NCBI GenBank assembly: GCA_963840855.1
Contig: CAWJBB010000074.1
Span: 9,214 to 73,213, forward strand
From: an uncultured delta proteobacterium
GTDB lineage: Bacteria; Desulfobacterota; Binatia; UBA9968
Direction: 5' to 3'
DNA length: 64,000 nucleotides
Both the position numbers and the translations under genes were made by a program. Below, one piece after another: positions 22,529 to 33,900 of this stretch (positions are counted from its first letter, which is position 1; each line of letters begins with the position of its first letter). Under the pieces are notes generated by a model, which was not told the origin of the DNA, ran no database searches, and saw nothing but the letters and a program-made list of their open reading frames with translations.

Positions 22529-23571
22529 ATGGCCACTGCTCAAGGACTCACATACGCCAAAGCCGGCGTCAGTATTGACGCCGGCGATGAGCTGGTGCGC
22601 CGTATCCGTCCCATCGCCCGCAAAACCATTGTTCCCGGCGTTTTGGCGGGCGTGGGTGGGTTCGGCGCCCTGTTTGAACTCGAAGGCCGCGGCTACAGCG
22701 AGCCCGTTCTGGTGTCGTCCACCGATGGTGTCGGCACCAAGCTCAAAATCGCTTTCATGACCGGAATCCATGACACGGTGGGCATCGATCTGGTCGCCAT
22801 GAGCGTTAACGACATTCTCACCCAGGGCGCCGAGCCGCTCTTCTTCCTCGACTATTTCGTGTGCGGCAAGCTAAATGTGAAAATCGCCGAGGCGGTAGTG
22901 CACGGCATCGCCGACGGGTGCCGCCAGGCCGGTTGTGTCTTGATTGGCGGCGAGACCGCCGAGCATCCGGGAGACTACCCCAGGGGTGAATATGATCTCG
23001 CCGGCTTTGCCGTCGGCGTCGTGGAAAAAAAAAGATGATTGACCCGCGGGCTATCGTTGCCGGCGATATACTGATCGGCCTGCCGTCGAGCGGCCTTCAT
23101 AGCAACGGTTATTCACTGGCGCGCAAGGTGTTACTCGATATCGGCGGCATGAAATTAGGCAGGCGCGTGCACGAGCTGGGCCGAAGCTTGGGCGAGGAAT
23201 TGCTGGAGCCGACGCGCATCTACGCCAACACCATGCGCAAGCTGCTGCGCCGTTTTCCGGTCAAAGGCGCGGCGCATATCACCGGCGGCGGCATTACAGG
23301 CAATCTGCCGCGGGTACTGCCGCGCGGCGCCCGGGCGCACATCGAACGCCGTAGCTGGCCGGTGCCGCCCATCTTCGATTTGATTCAAAAGACCGGGAGT
23401 GTTTCCCAGGCTGAGATGGACCGCACGTTTAACAATGGCCTCGGCATGATTCTTGTGGTCGCGCAGCGAGAGGCCGATAACATACTCGGAGCGCTCAAAA
23501 AAATGGGCGAGCGATGTTTCGTGATCGGTGCGATCCACAGAGGTGTAAAAGGCGCGAGCATTAGCGTATAG
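22529..23571 (+). CDS. purM: Phosphoribosylformylglycinamidine cyclo-ligase (frameshift in A9 run at 23025-23033)
   Basis: [22 protein letters not shown], then [23 protein letters not shown]. Confidence 0.95.
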
Positions 23572-23580
23572 GATCATCCT

Positions 23581-24243
23581 ATGGCGCGACAACTTCCCAT
23601 TGGCGTGCTGATTTCCGGCGGCGGCACCAATTTGCAAGCGATCATCGATGCCATCGAAGCAAAGCGCTTGGACGCGGCGATCAAGCTCGTGCTCAGCAAC
23701 AAAGTGGACGCCTATGGACTCGTGCGGGCCAAGAACCACGGGATTGCGACGGAAATTCTCGACCACAGGAAATATTCCAGCCGCGAAACCTACGACGAGG
23801 CCGTCGTTGATTTACTCCGCGCGCATGGTGTCGAACTGGTCGTCCTGGCCGGCTTCATGCGCCTGCTCTCGCCGGTCTTTGTCAAGGCTTACTCCAACCG
23901 CATCATGAACATTCATCCGGCGCTCTTGCCGTCGTTTCCCGGCCTCCACGTGCAAAAGAAAGCCGTGGAGTATGGCGTGCGCTTTTCCGGCTGCACGGTG
24001 CATTTCGTCAACGATGAATGCGACGAAGGGCCGATCATCATTCAAGCCGTCGTGCCGGTTTTTGCCGATGACACCGAGGCGAAACTGGCGGCGCGCATTC
24101 TCAAAGAGGAACATCGGATCTACCCCCGCGCGATCCAGCTTTACGCCGAAGGAAGGCTGCGGGTTGACGGCCGCAGGGTGATCGTCGCCGGCACCGCCAA
24201 CGACGAAAACGCAGCTCTCATCGAACCCCCGCTGGACGGATGA
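23581..24243 (+). CDS. purN: Phosphoribosylglycinamide formyltransferase
   Basis: ISGGGTNLQAI, LAGFMR, NIHPALLP, GCTVHFV. Confidence 0.97.
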   Translation: MARQLPIGVLISGGGTNLQAIIDAIEAKRLDAAIKLVLSNKVDAYGLVRAKNHGIATEILDHRKYSSRETYDEAVVDLLRAHGVELVVLAGFMRLLSPVFVKAYSNRIMNIHPALLPSFPGLHVQKKAVEYGVRFSGCTVHFVNDECDEGPIIIQAVVPVFADDTEAKLAARILKEEHRIYPRAIQLYAEGRLRVDGRRVIVAGTANDENAALIEPPLDG

Positions 24244-25214
24244 AGAAATTCAAGCCTGCCGTCATTTTATTGATTAAGCTCCTGGTGAGCGGGGGGCTGA
24301 TCGCCTATATTCTCACGCGTATTCATATCGAGCGGTCGTTACACACACTGGTCTCGGCAAAATTGTCTTTTATTGTATTGGCGCTGGTCGTTTATCTATT
24401 CGCGCAGGCGTTAAGTGCCGTTAGATGGACGGTTCTGGTTCGTCCCTTGGGAATCAAGACCCCTTTTAGAGACCTGGTCAGTTACTATATGATCGGGATG
24501 TTTTTCAACCTGTTCGCGCCTGGTACGGTTGGCGGTGATGTAAGCCGCGTCTATTACCTGGTAAAAGACCAGCAACGAGATGATCAGGGCGGGACCGTGC
24601 CCACGGTTCGCGCCGCGATGTCCGTTCTCATGGATCGTGCAATCGGTATGGCGGTGTTGATTTGGATGGGGGCCGCGGGACTCATACTATTTCCCGGCTA
24701 CCCGGTGCCTGCTGCTATTCGATCTTTGACTTTGATGCTTGCCCTTGGTTTCGCCATCTGCACAGTGCTGATTCCCGTGTTGCGGCGCGTGCTGCCCGAG
24801 GATGGGAATTCGCTCATCGTCAAGTTACGACTGGTCTTGCGAGGCTACAGGGCTCATTGGCACGCCATCGCCGTGGGGATTCTGCTTTCGTTGATTGTTC
24901 ATTTGATCCAAGCCTGGATGCATCTCGTAATGGGGCGTGCGTTGAATCTGGCGATTCCGTTTTCATTCTGTCTCATCGTCTATCCACTGGTAGGAACATT
25001 CGCCGCGATCCCCATCAGCCTGAATGGCCTCGGTCTGCGTGAGGGAGGGTATATCTTTCTGCTGGGGCTCATCGGTATCGATTCCGAGAACGGTATCGCT
25101 TTTGCTTTGCTGCTCTTTCTGATCGTCGCGACGGACAGTTTGATCGGCGGAATAATTTTCCTCCTAAAGAAGACTCCGAGACCATCGGCCAACGCCGCTG
25201 CAGCGCGGCTCTAA
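24240..25214 (+). CDS. Lysylphosphatidylglycerol synthase TM-like (flippase-like) membrane protein
   Basis: GMFFNLFAPGTVGGD, PISLNGLGLREG; multiple TM segments. Confidence 0.85.
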   Translation: MKKFKPAVILLIKLLVSGGLIAYILTRIHIERSLHTLVSAKLSFIVLALVVYLFAQALSAVRWTVLVRPLGIKTPFRDLVSYYMIGMFFNLFAPGTVGGDVSRVYYLVKDQQRDDQGGTVPTVRAAMSVLMDRAIGMAVLIWMGAAGLILFPGYPVPAAIRSLTLMLALGFAICTVLIPVLRRVLPEDGNSLIVKLRLVLRGYRAHWHAIAVGILLSLIVHLIQAWMHLVMGRALNLAIPFSFCLIVYPLVGTFAAIPISLNGLGLREGGYIFLLGLIGIDSENGIAFALLLFLIVATDSLIGGIIFLLKKTPRPSANAAAARL

Positions 25215-26563
25215 GTCAGGTAACGAATAAATATCGTTGCCAGACCGAGAAACGACAGGAAGCCAAACGCATCGGTCAAGCAGGTGACGACGATGCCGGA
25301 GCCCAGCGCTGGATCGAATTTCAACGCTTGTAACATCAAGGGAATCACGGCGCCCGATAAACCAGCCACAAGGCCGAGATTGATAATCATCGCGCAGGCG
25401 AGCACCAGTCCCAGGAACGGATTGCCTTTCCACAGGAGCGCTGCGGTGGCGATTACCGCGCCGGCGGCCAGCGCCAAGCAAATGTTGACCGATACCTGTT
25501 TGACGACGGCCTTCCATGCCGACGCGAACTCGAGCTCGCCCAAGGCGATGGCTCGAATAATGACCGTCGCCGTCTGGGTCGCGCCGTTGCCGCCGACGCC
25601 GGCGATTATTGGCATGAAAGTTACCAGCGCGATCAACTCATGAAGCGTGCCTTCGAAAAATCCCACCACCGAGGCCGCCAGAGTGGCCGTCAGCAAGTTC
25701 ACTATGGTCCACGGCAAGCGCATGCGCACCGAACGCGCCACGGGGGTAAAGACGCGGTCTTCTTCGGCTAGACCCGCCATCTTATACATGTCCTCGGTGC
25801 TCTCTTCGTTGATGATATCGATGACGTCATCGACGGTGATGATGCCCTCAAGGTGGCCGCCTTCATCGACGATGGGCAGAGCGAGAAGCTCGTATTTTGC
25901 CACCAGGCGCGCTGCCGCTTCCTGGTCCATGAAAACGTCGGCGTGGATCGGCTCGGCGATCATCATCTCGCTCAGCGTGCGGTCCGGCGGCGCGATGACG
26001 AGATTGCGGATGGGGACGACGCCCACCAGCTTGTTGGCGTCATCGACGACGTAGAGGTAGAAGAACGATTCGAGCTCGCCGCGTTCGCGAATCTTGTCGA
26101 TGGCTCCCTGGGCCGTGGTCGATGGCGACAGTGCCATGAAATCGGTGTTCATAATTCTGCCGACGGTGCCTTCAGGGTAGCTGATCAGTTCGCGCACTTC
26201 GTCGCGCCGCTCGGGGTCGAGCAGCGACATCACGGCTTCGCGCCGTTGTTCCGGCAGGCTGTCGATGAAAGTCACGGCGTCGTCCGGATCGGCGCGCACG
26301 ATCAAACGCGCGACGCGCTCATCGTCGATCAGGGCCAAGATATCGGGCAACAGTTCGGGGGGGAGCTCCTTCAACGTCTTTTCCGCGCGCCGCGCCGAAA
26401 ACAGTATTTCAAAAAGCTTTCGCACTTCGGCGGGCTCCAGCCCTTTGAACAGCAAAGCGAGATCCGCGGGATGGGCTTTGCCGATGAATCTGAGCACGCG
26501 GTCCGGGGTGGCGGTGCGCAGCATCTCGCGTACGGTATCGTAATCGATGGACGAGGCTTTCAT
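25211..26563 (-). CDS. mgtE: Magnesium transporter
   Basis: HPADLA, YPEGTVGRIM, CBS pair, RLPW, GGNGATQ, DPALGSG..TD. Confidence 0.95.
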   Translation of the reverse strand: MKASSIDYDTVREMLRTATPDRVLRFIGKAHPADLALLFKGLEPAEVRKLFEILFSARRAEKTLKELPPELLPDILALIDDERVARLIVRADPDDAVTFIDSLPEQRREAVMSLLDPERRDEVRELISYPEGTVGRIMNTDFMALSPSTTAQGAIDKIRERGELESFFYLYVVDDANKLVGVVPIRNLVIAPPDRTLSEMMIAEPIHADVFMDQEAAARLVAKYELLALPIVDEGGHLEGIITVDDVIDIINEESTEDMYKMAGLAEEDRVFTPVARSVRMRLPWTIVNLLTATLAASVVGFFEGTLHELIALVTFMPIIAGVGGNGATQTATVIIRAIALGELEFASAWKAVVKQVSVNICLALAAGAVIATAALLWKGNPFLGLVLACAMIINLGLVAGLSGAVIPLMLQALKFDPALGSGIVVTCLTDAFGFLSFLGLATIFIRYLT

Positions 26564-26702
26564 GGCGTTTATCCGTGGCGCTTTGTCTTCTTAACCACTG
26601 CACCGTGGTTTTGCAAATGTTTTCGGCGGCTTTTAGCGGTCACTTAAACCACGCGCTGAAATTTGCTATGTTTCCGTTGTCCCGTCGGGACCCGAGGCGC
26701 GT

Positions 26703-28148
26703 ATGAAATTCACTCCATCGAGATTTTTGCTCGCGGCAATGTTTAGCATGGCCGTCGCAGCGCCGCAGTCGCCTCTGTTGTTCTCAAACATCGGCGCGCC
26801 GCGGGCGATGGCGGCCAATCTCACCGCTCTGGAAAATCGACCGCCTTCCTTCGCCGCCATCGCCAAGCGGACAATGCCGGTGGTGGTCAATATTTTTACC
26901 ACGTCGCAACGGGCCGCCCGCGGCGGCTCGAGCGACCCCATCGATGACTTTTTCGGGCGCTTATTCGGCGAAGCAAATCCCCGGGAAAACAGCTCGCGTA
27001 GCCTCGGTTCCGGAATCCTCATCAGCAGGGACGGCGAGGTCCTGACCAGCTATCACGTCGTGCGCTACGCTGACATCATCAAAGTCCGCTTGTCCGATCA
27101 CAGCGAATATGAAGCCCGTCTTATCGGCAAAGACGTCAAGACCGATCTTGCGCTCATCAAGATGAGGAGATCCGGCGGAGTTTTGCCGTTCGCGCGCCTG
27201 GGAAGTTCCAGCCAGCTGGATGTCGGCGATTGGGTTATGGCCATCGGTAACCCCTTTGGCTTAGAGCACACGGTCACGGCCGGCATCGTCAGCGCCAAAG
27301 GACGGGTCATCGGCGCCGGACCCTATGACAGCTTCATTCAGACCGATGCCTCAATCAATCCCGGCAACAGCGGCGGCCCATTGATCAACGCCGTTGGCGA
27401 GGTCGTGGGCGTCAATAGTGCCATATTCAGCCAGAGCGGCGGCGGCAACATAGGCATCGGCTTCGCCATTCCCATCGACCTGGCGAAGAAAGTCGCCGAA
27501 CAGTTGCGCAAAAACGGCCGCGTTGTGCGCGGCTGGCTCGGTATCCGCGCCCAAGATGTCTCGCCGCAACTTGCCGCGTCGTTGGGAGTTGCGCGGCCTG
27601 GCGGGGATATGGCTCAGGTCACCGACGTGTCCGAGGGGAGCCCGGCAGCGGAAGCCGGAGTGAAGATGGGCGATTTGATCGTCGAATACAACGGCAAAAC
27701 CGTGCCGAAGAGCCTCGATTTTCCCGCCGTGATCGCGGACACGGCGCCGGGTCAGAAAGCGATTCTTAAGATTGTCCGCGATAAGAAAGAGATGACGATC
27801 TCAGTAAAGATCGGCGAGCTGGCGGAGGAGAGCGACGCAGCGCTGACGGCCGAGGCCAAGGACCCTGAGCTTGGCATCAAAGTTCAGCGGATTACCCCGG
27901 AAGCGGCGCGCCGCCTGGGTTTGAACTCCACCAAAGGCGTGTTGGTTTTGGAGGTCCAACCGGGAAGTCCCGCGGACTCGATTGGGTTGGAGCCTGCCGA
28001 CGTGATCCGCGAAGTCAACCAGCGCCCGGTCAATAACGTCAACGACTTCGAACGAGCCATGCGCCAGGGGCGGCGCGGCGAGCGTATCTTGCTGCTTGTG
28101 CAGAGGGGCGATAACGCGGTATTCTTCGCCTTGAAGCGCAAGGGCTAG
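26703..28148 (+). CDS. Do/DegP-family serine endoprotease with two PDZ domains
   Basis: SLGSG, TSYHVV, TDLAL, IQTDASINPGNSGGPL. Confidence 0.95.
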   Translation: MKFTPSRFLLAAMFSMAVAAPQSPLLFSNIGAPRAMAANLTALENRPPSFAAIAKRTMPVVVNIFTTSQRAARGGSSDPIDDFFGRLFGEANPRENSSRSLGSGILISRDGEVLTSYHVVRYADIIKVRLSDHSEYEARLIGKDVKTDLALIKMRRSGGVLPFARLGSSSQLDVGDWVMAIGNPFGLEHTVTAGIVSAKGRVIGAGPYDSFIQTDASINPGNSGGPLINAVGEVVGVNSAIFSQSGGGNIGIGFAIPIDLAKKVAEQLRKNGRVVRGWLGIRAQDVSPQLAASLGVARPGGDMAQVTDVSEGSPAAEAGVKMGDLIVEYNGKTVPKSLDFPAVIADTAPGQKAILKIVRDKKEMTISVKIGELAEESDAALTAEAKDPELGIKVQRITPEAARRLGLNSTKGVLVLEVQPGSPADSIGLEPADVIREVNQRPVNNVNDFERAMRQGRRGERILLLVQRGDNAVFFALKRKG

Positions 28149-28169
28149 CGCGTTACTGTAAGCTACGTC

Positions 28170-28288
28170 CTGGTTGCTCAAAAAGATCTCAGAAGCGAGG
28201 CGGGTAACGAGTGCGCTTGCAACAGTCGAAGATTAAGAATCGAGGATTGAACATCGCTTTCTTCCATCCTCTATCGTCGATCCTCAAT
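28170..28288. repeat. MITE-end remnant plus 7-mer array with inverted counterpart
   Basis: GGTTGCTCAAAAAGATCTCAGAAGCGAGGCG resembles the reverse complement of 9677-9705; then gattaag-aatcgag-gattgaa ... tccatcc-tctatcg-tcgatcc. Confidence 0.55.
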
Positions 28289-28329
28289 TGTCATAATAGG
28301 GCTTTATTAGGAGCCCACTAGGAGGATTC

Positions 28330-28530
28330 ATGTTTGGACTCGGCATGCAGGAACTCTTGATCATTCTCGCCATCGCTCTCGTCGTCTTCGGCCCCAGCAA
28401 GCTGCCGCAGATCGGCGCCGGTCTGGGTAAAGCGATCCGCGACTTCAAAAAAGGCGTGAGCAGCAACGACGAAAATGAAGAAGCGGAAAAAGACGCTAAA
28501 AAAGCAGCCGGCAAAGACCTGCCCAATTAG
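28330..28530 (+). CDS. tatA: Twin-arginine translocase subunit TatA/E
   Basis: [38 protein letters not shown]; AGGAGG RBS. Confidence 0.95.
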   Translation: MFGLGMQELLIILAIALVVFGPSKLPQIGAGLGKAIRDFKKGVSSNDENEEAEKDAKKAAGKDLPN

Positions 28531-28769
28531 TTTTGTCGATCGGACCAGCTTTGCCTCAATTGGCCATCACAGGATTCGCCTCGGACCCCCCACGTCAGCC
28601 AGTTTCGTTTTAAGAGGCACGTCATAGTTCTGCCCTAACCCAGAGGGCGGGGGAACGCGAGAACGCAAACTGATTTTTGAAGTATCTCACTATTGACTTG
28701 TCGGAAATCAAGGACGACGGCAATTTTTCTGGTTAGGATTTACGTTATGTTCTCGAGTCTTGTAGAGTG

Positions 28770-29260
28770 TATTCCAACGCTTCGAGCTCGTCGGCCAAGT
28801 AACTTGCGTCCTCGCGCGGCCGGCGCAGTTTGTTCCGTAATCAAGTGTTCTCTGGAGAGCACAGCGACCGGTTGATCGGCGAGATTTCGAAATCATCCGG
28901 TCTGCCCAAGCTTCTTCGAACTGGACCCCGTCGATCATGGTCAAGACATCGACTTAGCCGGCTATGGGTTCTCGCCCCGATCTGGAAAATGAGGCCGGAT
29001 AGTCGAACAGGTCTTTCTCGCGTTAGAGTCATGCAACGCAGGCCACGCCATGTAGAAGGTGTAGGCGTGAGGGCTTCAATGACTCGTGCTTGCGCAGTTG
29101 TGTCTCGCTTAGGCAAGGCACGGGCGACCCAGACGTCGCAGGTCTTGGGTCGCCCTGCAGGATGCCATGAAATCGCCGCTCCGCGCGCTGCCGAAGCGGC
29201 TAACCAGTAAGCGGCGCTCTTGAGACCACGCAATGAAATTGAACTTGCTCGCCGGCGTTG
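28770..29260 (-). pseudogene. Heavily decayed nucleotidyltransferase-family gene (boundaries approximate)
   Basis: Motifs in correct order across frames: FHG, DVWV, RVIEAL, GLIFQIG, DVLTMIDGVQFEEAW, PVAVLSREHLI, LADELEALE; with stops and several shifts. Confidence 0.65.
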
Positions 29261-29273
29261 CAACTCCGTCTGC

Positions 29274-29474
29274 CTAATCATGCCATCCTCCAGAGTCTTG
29301 CACGTACGGATGGGCTTGGTTCGGTTGCCAAACTAGGCAGAGCAGGGTCAATTCCCATACAGCGTTCATCCGCTCTTCGGGCGTAGCGTTGTCCCAATAT
29401 TGCCCATCGGGAACGGGGTCTCCGGGGCGGATGATGCGGCTAGTGATCTTCTTGCGTTTGGTCGGATGGTTCAT
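29274..29474 (-). CDS. Small protein of the type found upstream of such nucleotidyltransferases (possible TA-like partner)
   Basis: YWDNATPEERMNAVWELT motif; immediately upstream of the decayed NTase. Confidence 0.55.
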   Translation of the reverse strand: MNHPTKRKKITSRIIRPGDPVPDGQYWDNATPEERMNAVWELTLLCLVWQPNQAHPYVQDSGGWHD

Positions 29475-29559
29475 ACAATGACTTTATAACACATTCCAAA
29501 GAACACTTCTGCTCATCGTTTTGGCACCGGTCTTCTTACTCGCGCTTCCGCCTCACCAC

Positions 29560-29655
29560 CCTGACCTTTTTGGATCCCAGAGAATGGCCACGCGAGAGGC
29601 CTTGGGAACAGCCTCCTTGAATAGCTGCAGCCGCTTGCCGCTAATTTCCGCCCGG
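29560..29655 (-). pseudogene. Internal fragment of an ABC substrate-binding protein (ABC_sub_bind type)
   Basis: AEISGKRLQLFKEAVPKASRVAILWDP without start or flanking domains. Confidence 0.6.
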
Positions 29656-29846
29656 GTTCGGAGGTCAAAATCACGGAAAACAGGGATATCTCAGGAGATT
29701 TTGGAGAACGTAGATTGAGTGCGGCGCAACGGGAAGGTCAGGGTGTAGTCGATTTGATACTGCGTGTATCAAAACTGCTACAGCTCGACGCACCTTTGCC
29801 GAGGATTTCATCATGAACAAACTCTTTGCGAATGATGGCGCGAAGC

Positions 29847-30497
29847 TCAGTGCTCACGCAGTGAATGATGGTTGTTACTCGTCTTGGTGCCGACCAATAC
29901 CGTATAAAGCGAGGTCTTGGAAGTTTTGTAGATACGCTCGACGGTCAGATTGGTGGTTTCGATAAAAGCTTTCAATTTGAGATCAGTGCGCCAGCCCAAC
30001 CAGCGAGTGAGCGGGTCCAGTGAGCGCGTCACCGATCCGAGTACAGGAACATCGCTGGTGAAGTGATTGACAATCACGATTTTGCCGCCGGGCTTACAGA
30101 CGCGCTGAGCCTCGTTGATCATCGCCACTGGATCGGGAACCACGGTGACGACATGAAACGCCATCACGAAATCGAACGAGTTGTCCGGAAAGTTCAAGGC
30201 CAAAGCGTTCATTTCCAAGACCTTGATGTGGGTCCATCCGTTTTCGGCAATTTTTTGCCGGGCCCGCGTTAGCATGTCGGGCGCTAGATCAATACCGGTT
30301 ACCTGGCAATGAGTGGGATAGGCCGGAAAAGAAGTTCCGGTGCCGGCGCCGACTTCGAGAACTTTGGCGCCGCGCGGAATGTGCGAATCTTCGATGACGC
30401 GCTCCAGGCGAGAGTAAAAAATCTTTCCGAAGACTCTGTCGTAGAGCGGAGCGAATTCGGAATAGAGCTTGCTTTCGTGCGCCTCAATTTCACCCAT
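29847..30497 (-). CDS. Class I SAM methyltransferase, PmtA (phospholipid N-methyltransferase)-like
   Basis: YSEFAPLYDRVFG, VLEVGAGTG, VVTVVPDP, IVIVNHF. Confidence 0.8.
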   Translation of the reverse strand: MGEIEAHESKLYSEFAPLYDRVFGKIFYSRLERVIEDSHIPRGAKVLEVGAGTGTSFPAYPTHCQVTGIDLAPDMLTRARQKIAENGWTHIKVLEMNALALNFPDNSFDFVMAFHVVTVVPDPVAMINEAQRVCKPGGKIVIVNHFTSDVPVLGSVTRSLDPLTRWLGWRTDLKLKAFIETTNLTVERIYKTSKTSLYTVLVGTKTSNNHHSLREH

Positions 30498-30526
30498 GAA
30501 CCTCACCCCTCGCGTGAAAAGTTGCT

Positions 30527-30721
30527 TCAGGCATCACGTATATCCCGGCTCTGCTTTCTGAAAAAAACCGAGATATCTCTTTTGCGGAATCTCCATTGTT
30601 TGCCTTTTTTGAAGGCGGGCAAAATATTTTTACGGGCAAACTCGTTCACGGTGTCCGGGCTCATGTCCAGAATCACGGCGACCTGTTTGCTGTTCAACAG
30701 CTCCTCTTCTCGTTCCAACAT
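30527..30721 (-). CDS. Small helix-turn-helix DNA-binding protein (excisionase/HTH_17-like)
   Basis: ELLNSKQVAVILDMSPDTV..LPAFKKGKQWRF. Confidence 0.85.
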   Translation of the reverse strand: MLEREEELLNSKQVAVILDMSPDTVNEFARKNILPAFKKGKQWRFRKRDISVFFRKQSRDIRDA

Positions 30722-30973
30722 GGTTTCCCTCGAAGGACTAGACTTCGTTGCAAGTAGGCAAAAAGTTTTCTGGTTCTAACAAGTTCACTTCGGGCTGTCA
30801 AGGAAATTGGCTGGAAATATTATCCGCTCGAATTGATGCGGCGGAACAATTCCTTGGCTTTTCCGCCCCTTGCGCGATATATAATGTTTCTTTAGCATAA
30901 TAGCGGCCTAACTGTTAGACTAACTCTCCCTGAGCCTGGTGATAGCCCATCGACACGCACCGCGATTCATCTC

Positions 30974-33900
30974 ATGAGAATGCTCCTCAAGCTTACCGCA
31001 TTCCTCACCGCCGCGGTTTTGCTTTTTTTCGTGGTCGTTAGCCTGGCTTTTTTCCATCTGGTGCGGACCGGCGAGTTTCGCCGTTACCTGATCACTGAGA
31101 TTGAGCAACAGACCGAGTTGAAACTTCAGCTTGGCGAAGCCGATCTAGAGATCGGACGGATTCTCGGGATTTCTTTTCACAATGTTGCGGTGGCGGAATC
31201 CGATCTTGCGGCGCCAGCGCTCAGCGCGGAACTGGTTACCGCGCGGGTGGCCCTCTGGCCGCTCCTCGACCGCCGGCTAGTCTTCTACGAGGTGCGCTTG
31301 AAAAAACCGGACGCCCGCCTGGCGCGAGACAGTGAAGGCAAAATACCGCTGCTCGAGCGGCTTCTCAATTTGCCGTTTCTCAAACAAGGTAACGCCCAAT
31401 TTACTTTTGACTTGCGCACCGTGAACATCGCCGATGGCGAAATTGAATTCACTGACCACTACTCTGAAACGGCGCCAGCCACCACGCGCCTCCACCAGGT
31501 TGCGCTGGTACTGGAACGCGTGCAAGGCCAAGCGCTGCGCGAGTTTCTGGCAAATTGGCTAGTCCTGAAGCCGAAACAACCGCAAGGCGCGGCGCTCAAA
31601 TTTGCAATTGCCGCCGGCGTCGAGCGGGACGGCCAGCAGGCGAAGTTGCACGCGCAAGGAAAGCTGGTGTTCCCCGACGACAGGTTGGACCTCACGCGGG
31701 CATGGCACGATGTCGATGCGCGTATTGATAAAATGCCGGCCGCCATGGCGCAGGTTTACGGCGGAAAGCTATTGACCGTCAAATCTCTCCGCGGCACGCT
31801 GGATTCACGATTACATTTCGAGGGCAATCTGCATCAGCGCGCACGAGTGAGTGGCAAGGTCGGCTTTGAGCGTCTGTCCGTGGATGCGCCTGAACTGTTC
31901 GCGACGCCTTTAGATGCCGGCGACGGCCAATTGCAGATCGAAATCGATTGGCGGCCGGGGCAATGGGAAGTTTCGCGCATGGATTACCGGTCCAAGGACC
32001 TCGCTCTGGGAGTGAAAGGCCAGGCGCGGCGCGTGGCGGATGGCGACACGCACCTGCGGTTGGATCTTGGCGCCAAGCCGCTATCCGTGGCCCTGCTCAA
32101 GAAATATTTCCCGGCGCGGTGGCTGGCGTCATCCAAAATCGAACAGGTGGTGAGTGCTGCTACCGAGGGCGAGCTACAAATTCATAAGGCTGGCGTCAAT
32201 GCCAAGGTCGCGGAAATTCGCCGCGTGCTGGAATCGGGGTTTGGGGAAGGGCTTTGGTTCGACGTCGAAGTTCGAAACGTTAGCGGTAATTTCCCCGGCG
32301 GCTATCCGCCGCTGCGCGCCGTTAATGGCAGGATCGCTTTGGAAAATGGTCGGTTCGCTTTCAGTAACCTGCGCGGCGTTTCCGGCCGAATCCACCTCAC
32401 GGATGTGGATGGCAGCCTCGACTACTCGCCGGCGAGCCCAGGCGTGTTGCAACTGCGCGCGCGGGGCGAAGCGGACTTGGGCGAGCTGCGCGAGCAGGCG
32501 CAACGCGGTCTCATGCCGGCGGAATTTGCAAATTTGGTACTACCGGTTCAGGCTTTGGGGGGAATGGGCAAGTTCGACATAACCCTCACCCGGCCCGCCG
32601 ACAGCAAGCCGCGCGCAGAGGGTAAAGTGGCGTTGGAGAGTGCGCGGCTGCAATGGGACAAATATGTGCTCACGGATATCAACGGCGATTTCGCGTTTAC
32701 CCCCACGGAGATCAAGACGGACAAAGTGCGCGCGCTGATTTCCGGAGCGCCGGTGGAGGCGCGCCTGGCACTGAAAAACTACGCGGCCGACGACGGCGTG
32801 TTTGATCTTGCGGTGGACTCCCCCGGCGTCAAAGCGGGAATCGTCAGCCGGCTGCTCCTGGAAACAGGTTCGATACAAGATCCAGGCATCGTGCGCGGTT
32901 CGGTTCGCTATCAGGGTTCATTCAATGACAAACAAGACCGCAAGTTTACCGGCAACCTGGAGTTGTTCAATGTCCAACTGGCAACGCACCCGTTACTCCA
33001 GCCGCTGCGCCAGCTTAACGGCAAAATTTCCATTGACGAGAGCGGTATCGAATTCCAAGACATGAAAGGATTGCTAGTGGGTTTTGCGGCGAGCGCCAGC
33101 GGGCGCTGGCGCTACGCGCAAAGACCACAACTTATTTTCGACTTCACGGCGCCCAATCTGGATATCACCTATCTGATCTCGCAGATCGACCCCGAGCCCG
33201 GGGATTTCTACGCCAACTTGCAAGCGGAAGGGCGCCTTGCTCTTGGTCAGGGGCGCATCAACAATTTTGAATTCACCGATTCAAAAAGCAATCTGATCCT
33301 GGACCGCCGGATATGGCGATTCTCTAATCTTACGTTGCGCGCCGGCGGCGGCACGGGGAGCGGTCCATTGACCGTTGTCCATAAGCTCGATACTCTCGAA
33401 ATCATCGCTGAACCGAGGGCGAAAAATGTCCCGATAGCGGTGTTTCTCCGCTGGTTTGACCTCTCGAACGCCGAGATTTCCGGCACGGTGGATCTCACGG
33501 GCAAATTCGACACCGCCGGCAAGGGTAACGCCGAGCGCAAGCGCAATCTCAACGGCGCTTTTAACTTGAAAATCGCCGACGGTACGATCTACCGTATGCG
33601 GATTCTCGTACAGCTCTTGAATGTCCTGGATTTGTCCCGCTGGTTTACCTTTCAGTTGCCCGATCTTCGTAAACAAGGGATCCGTTTCCGTGCCATTACG
33701 GGCGATTTCAAGGTTGCAAGCGGAGTTTATTCCACCGACAATTTGCTAGTGGATAGCGACGATTTGCGGATGACGGGCGCCGGCAAAATCGACGCGTCGA
33801 GGGATGAAATCGATTTCATCGTCGCCGTCCGGCCGTTCGCGGGCATCGATGCGGCGATCACCCATATCCCGTTGCTCGGCCGCGGCATAGCGGCGATCAA

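Noticed and set aside
23025-23037. Programmed -1 frameshift or transcriptional slippage at the A9 run in purM
   Set aside because: A -1 slip would restore the frame, but homopolymer indels are the commonest long-read error and many other indels occur in this window. No recoding of purM is known to me.
28841-29281. 146-aa ORF as a genuine protein
   Set aside because: It is one frame of the decayed nucleotidyltransferase; the motifs continue in other frames.
30527-30721. Prophage or integrative element implied by the excisionase-like gene
   Set aside because: No integrase, tRNA, att duplication or phage gene seen.
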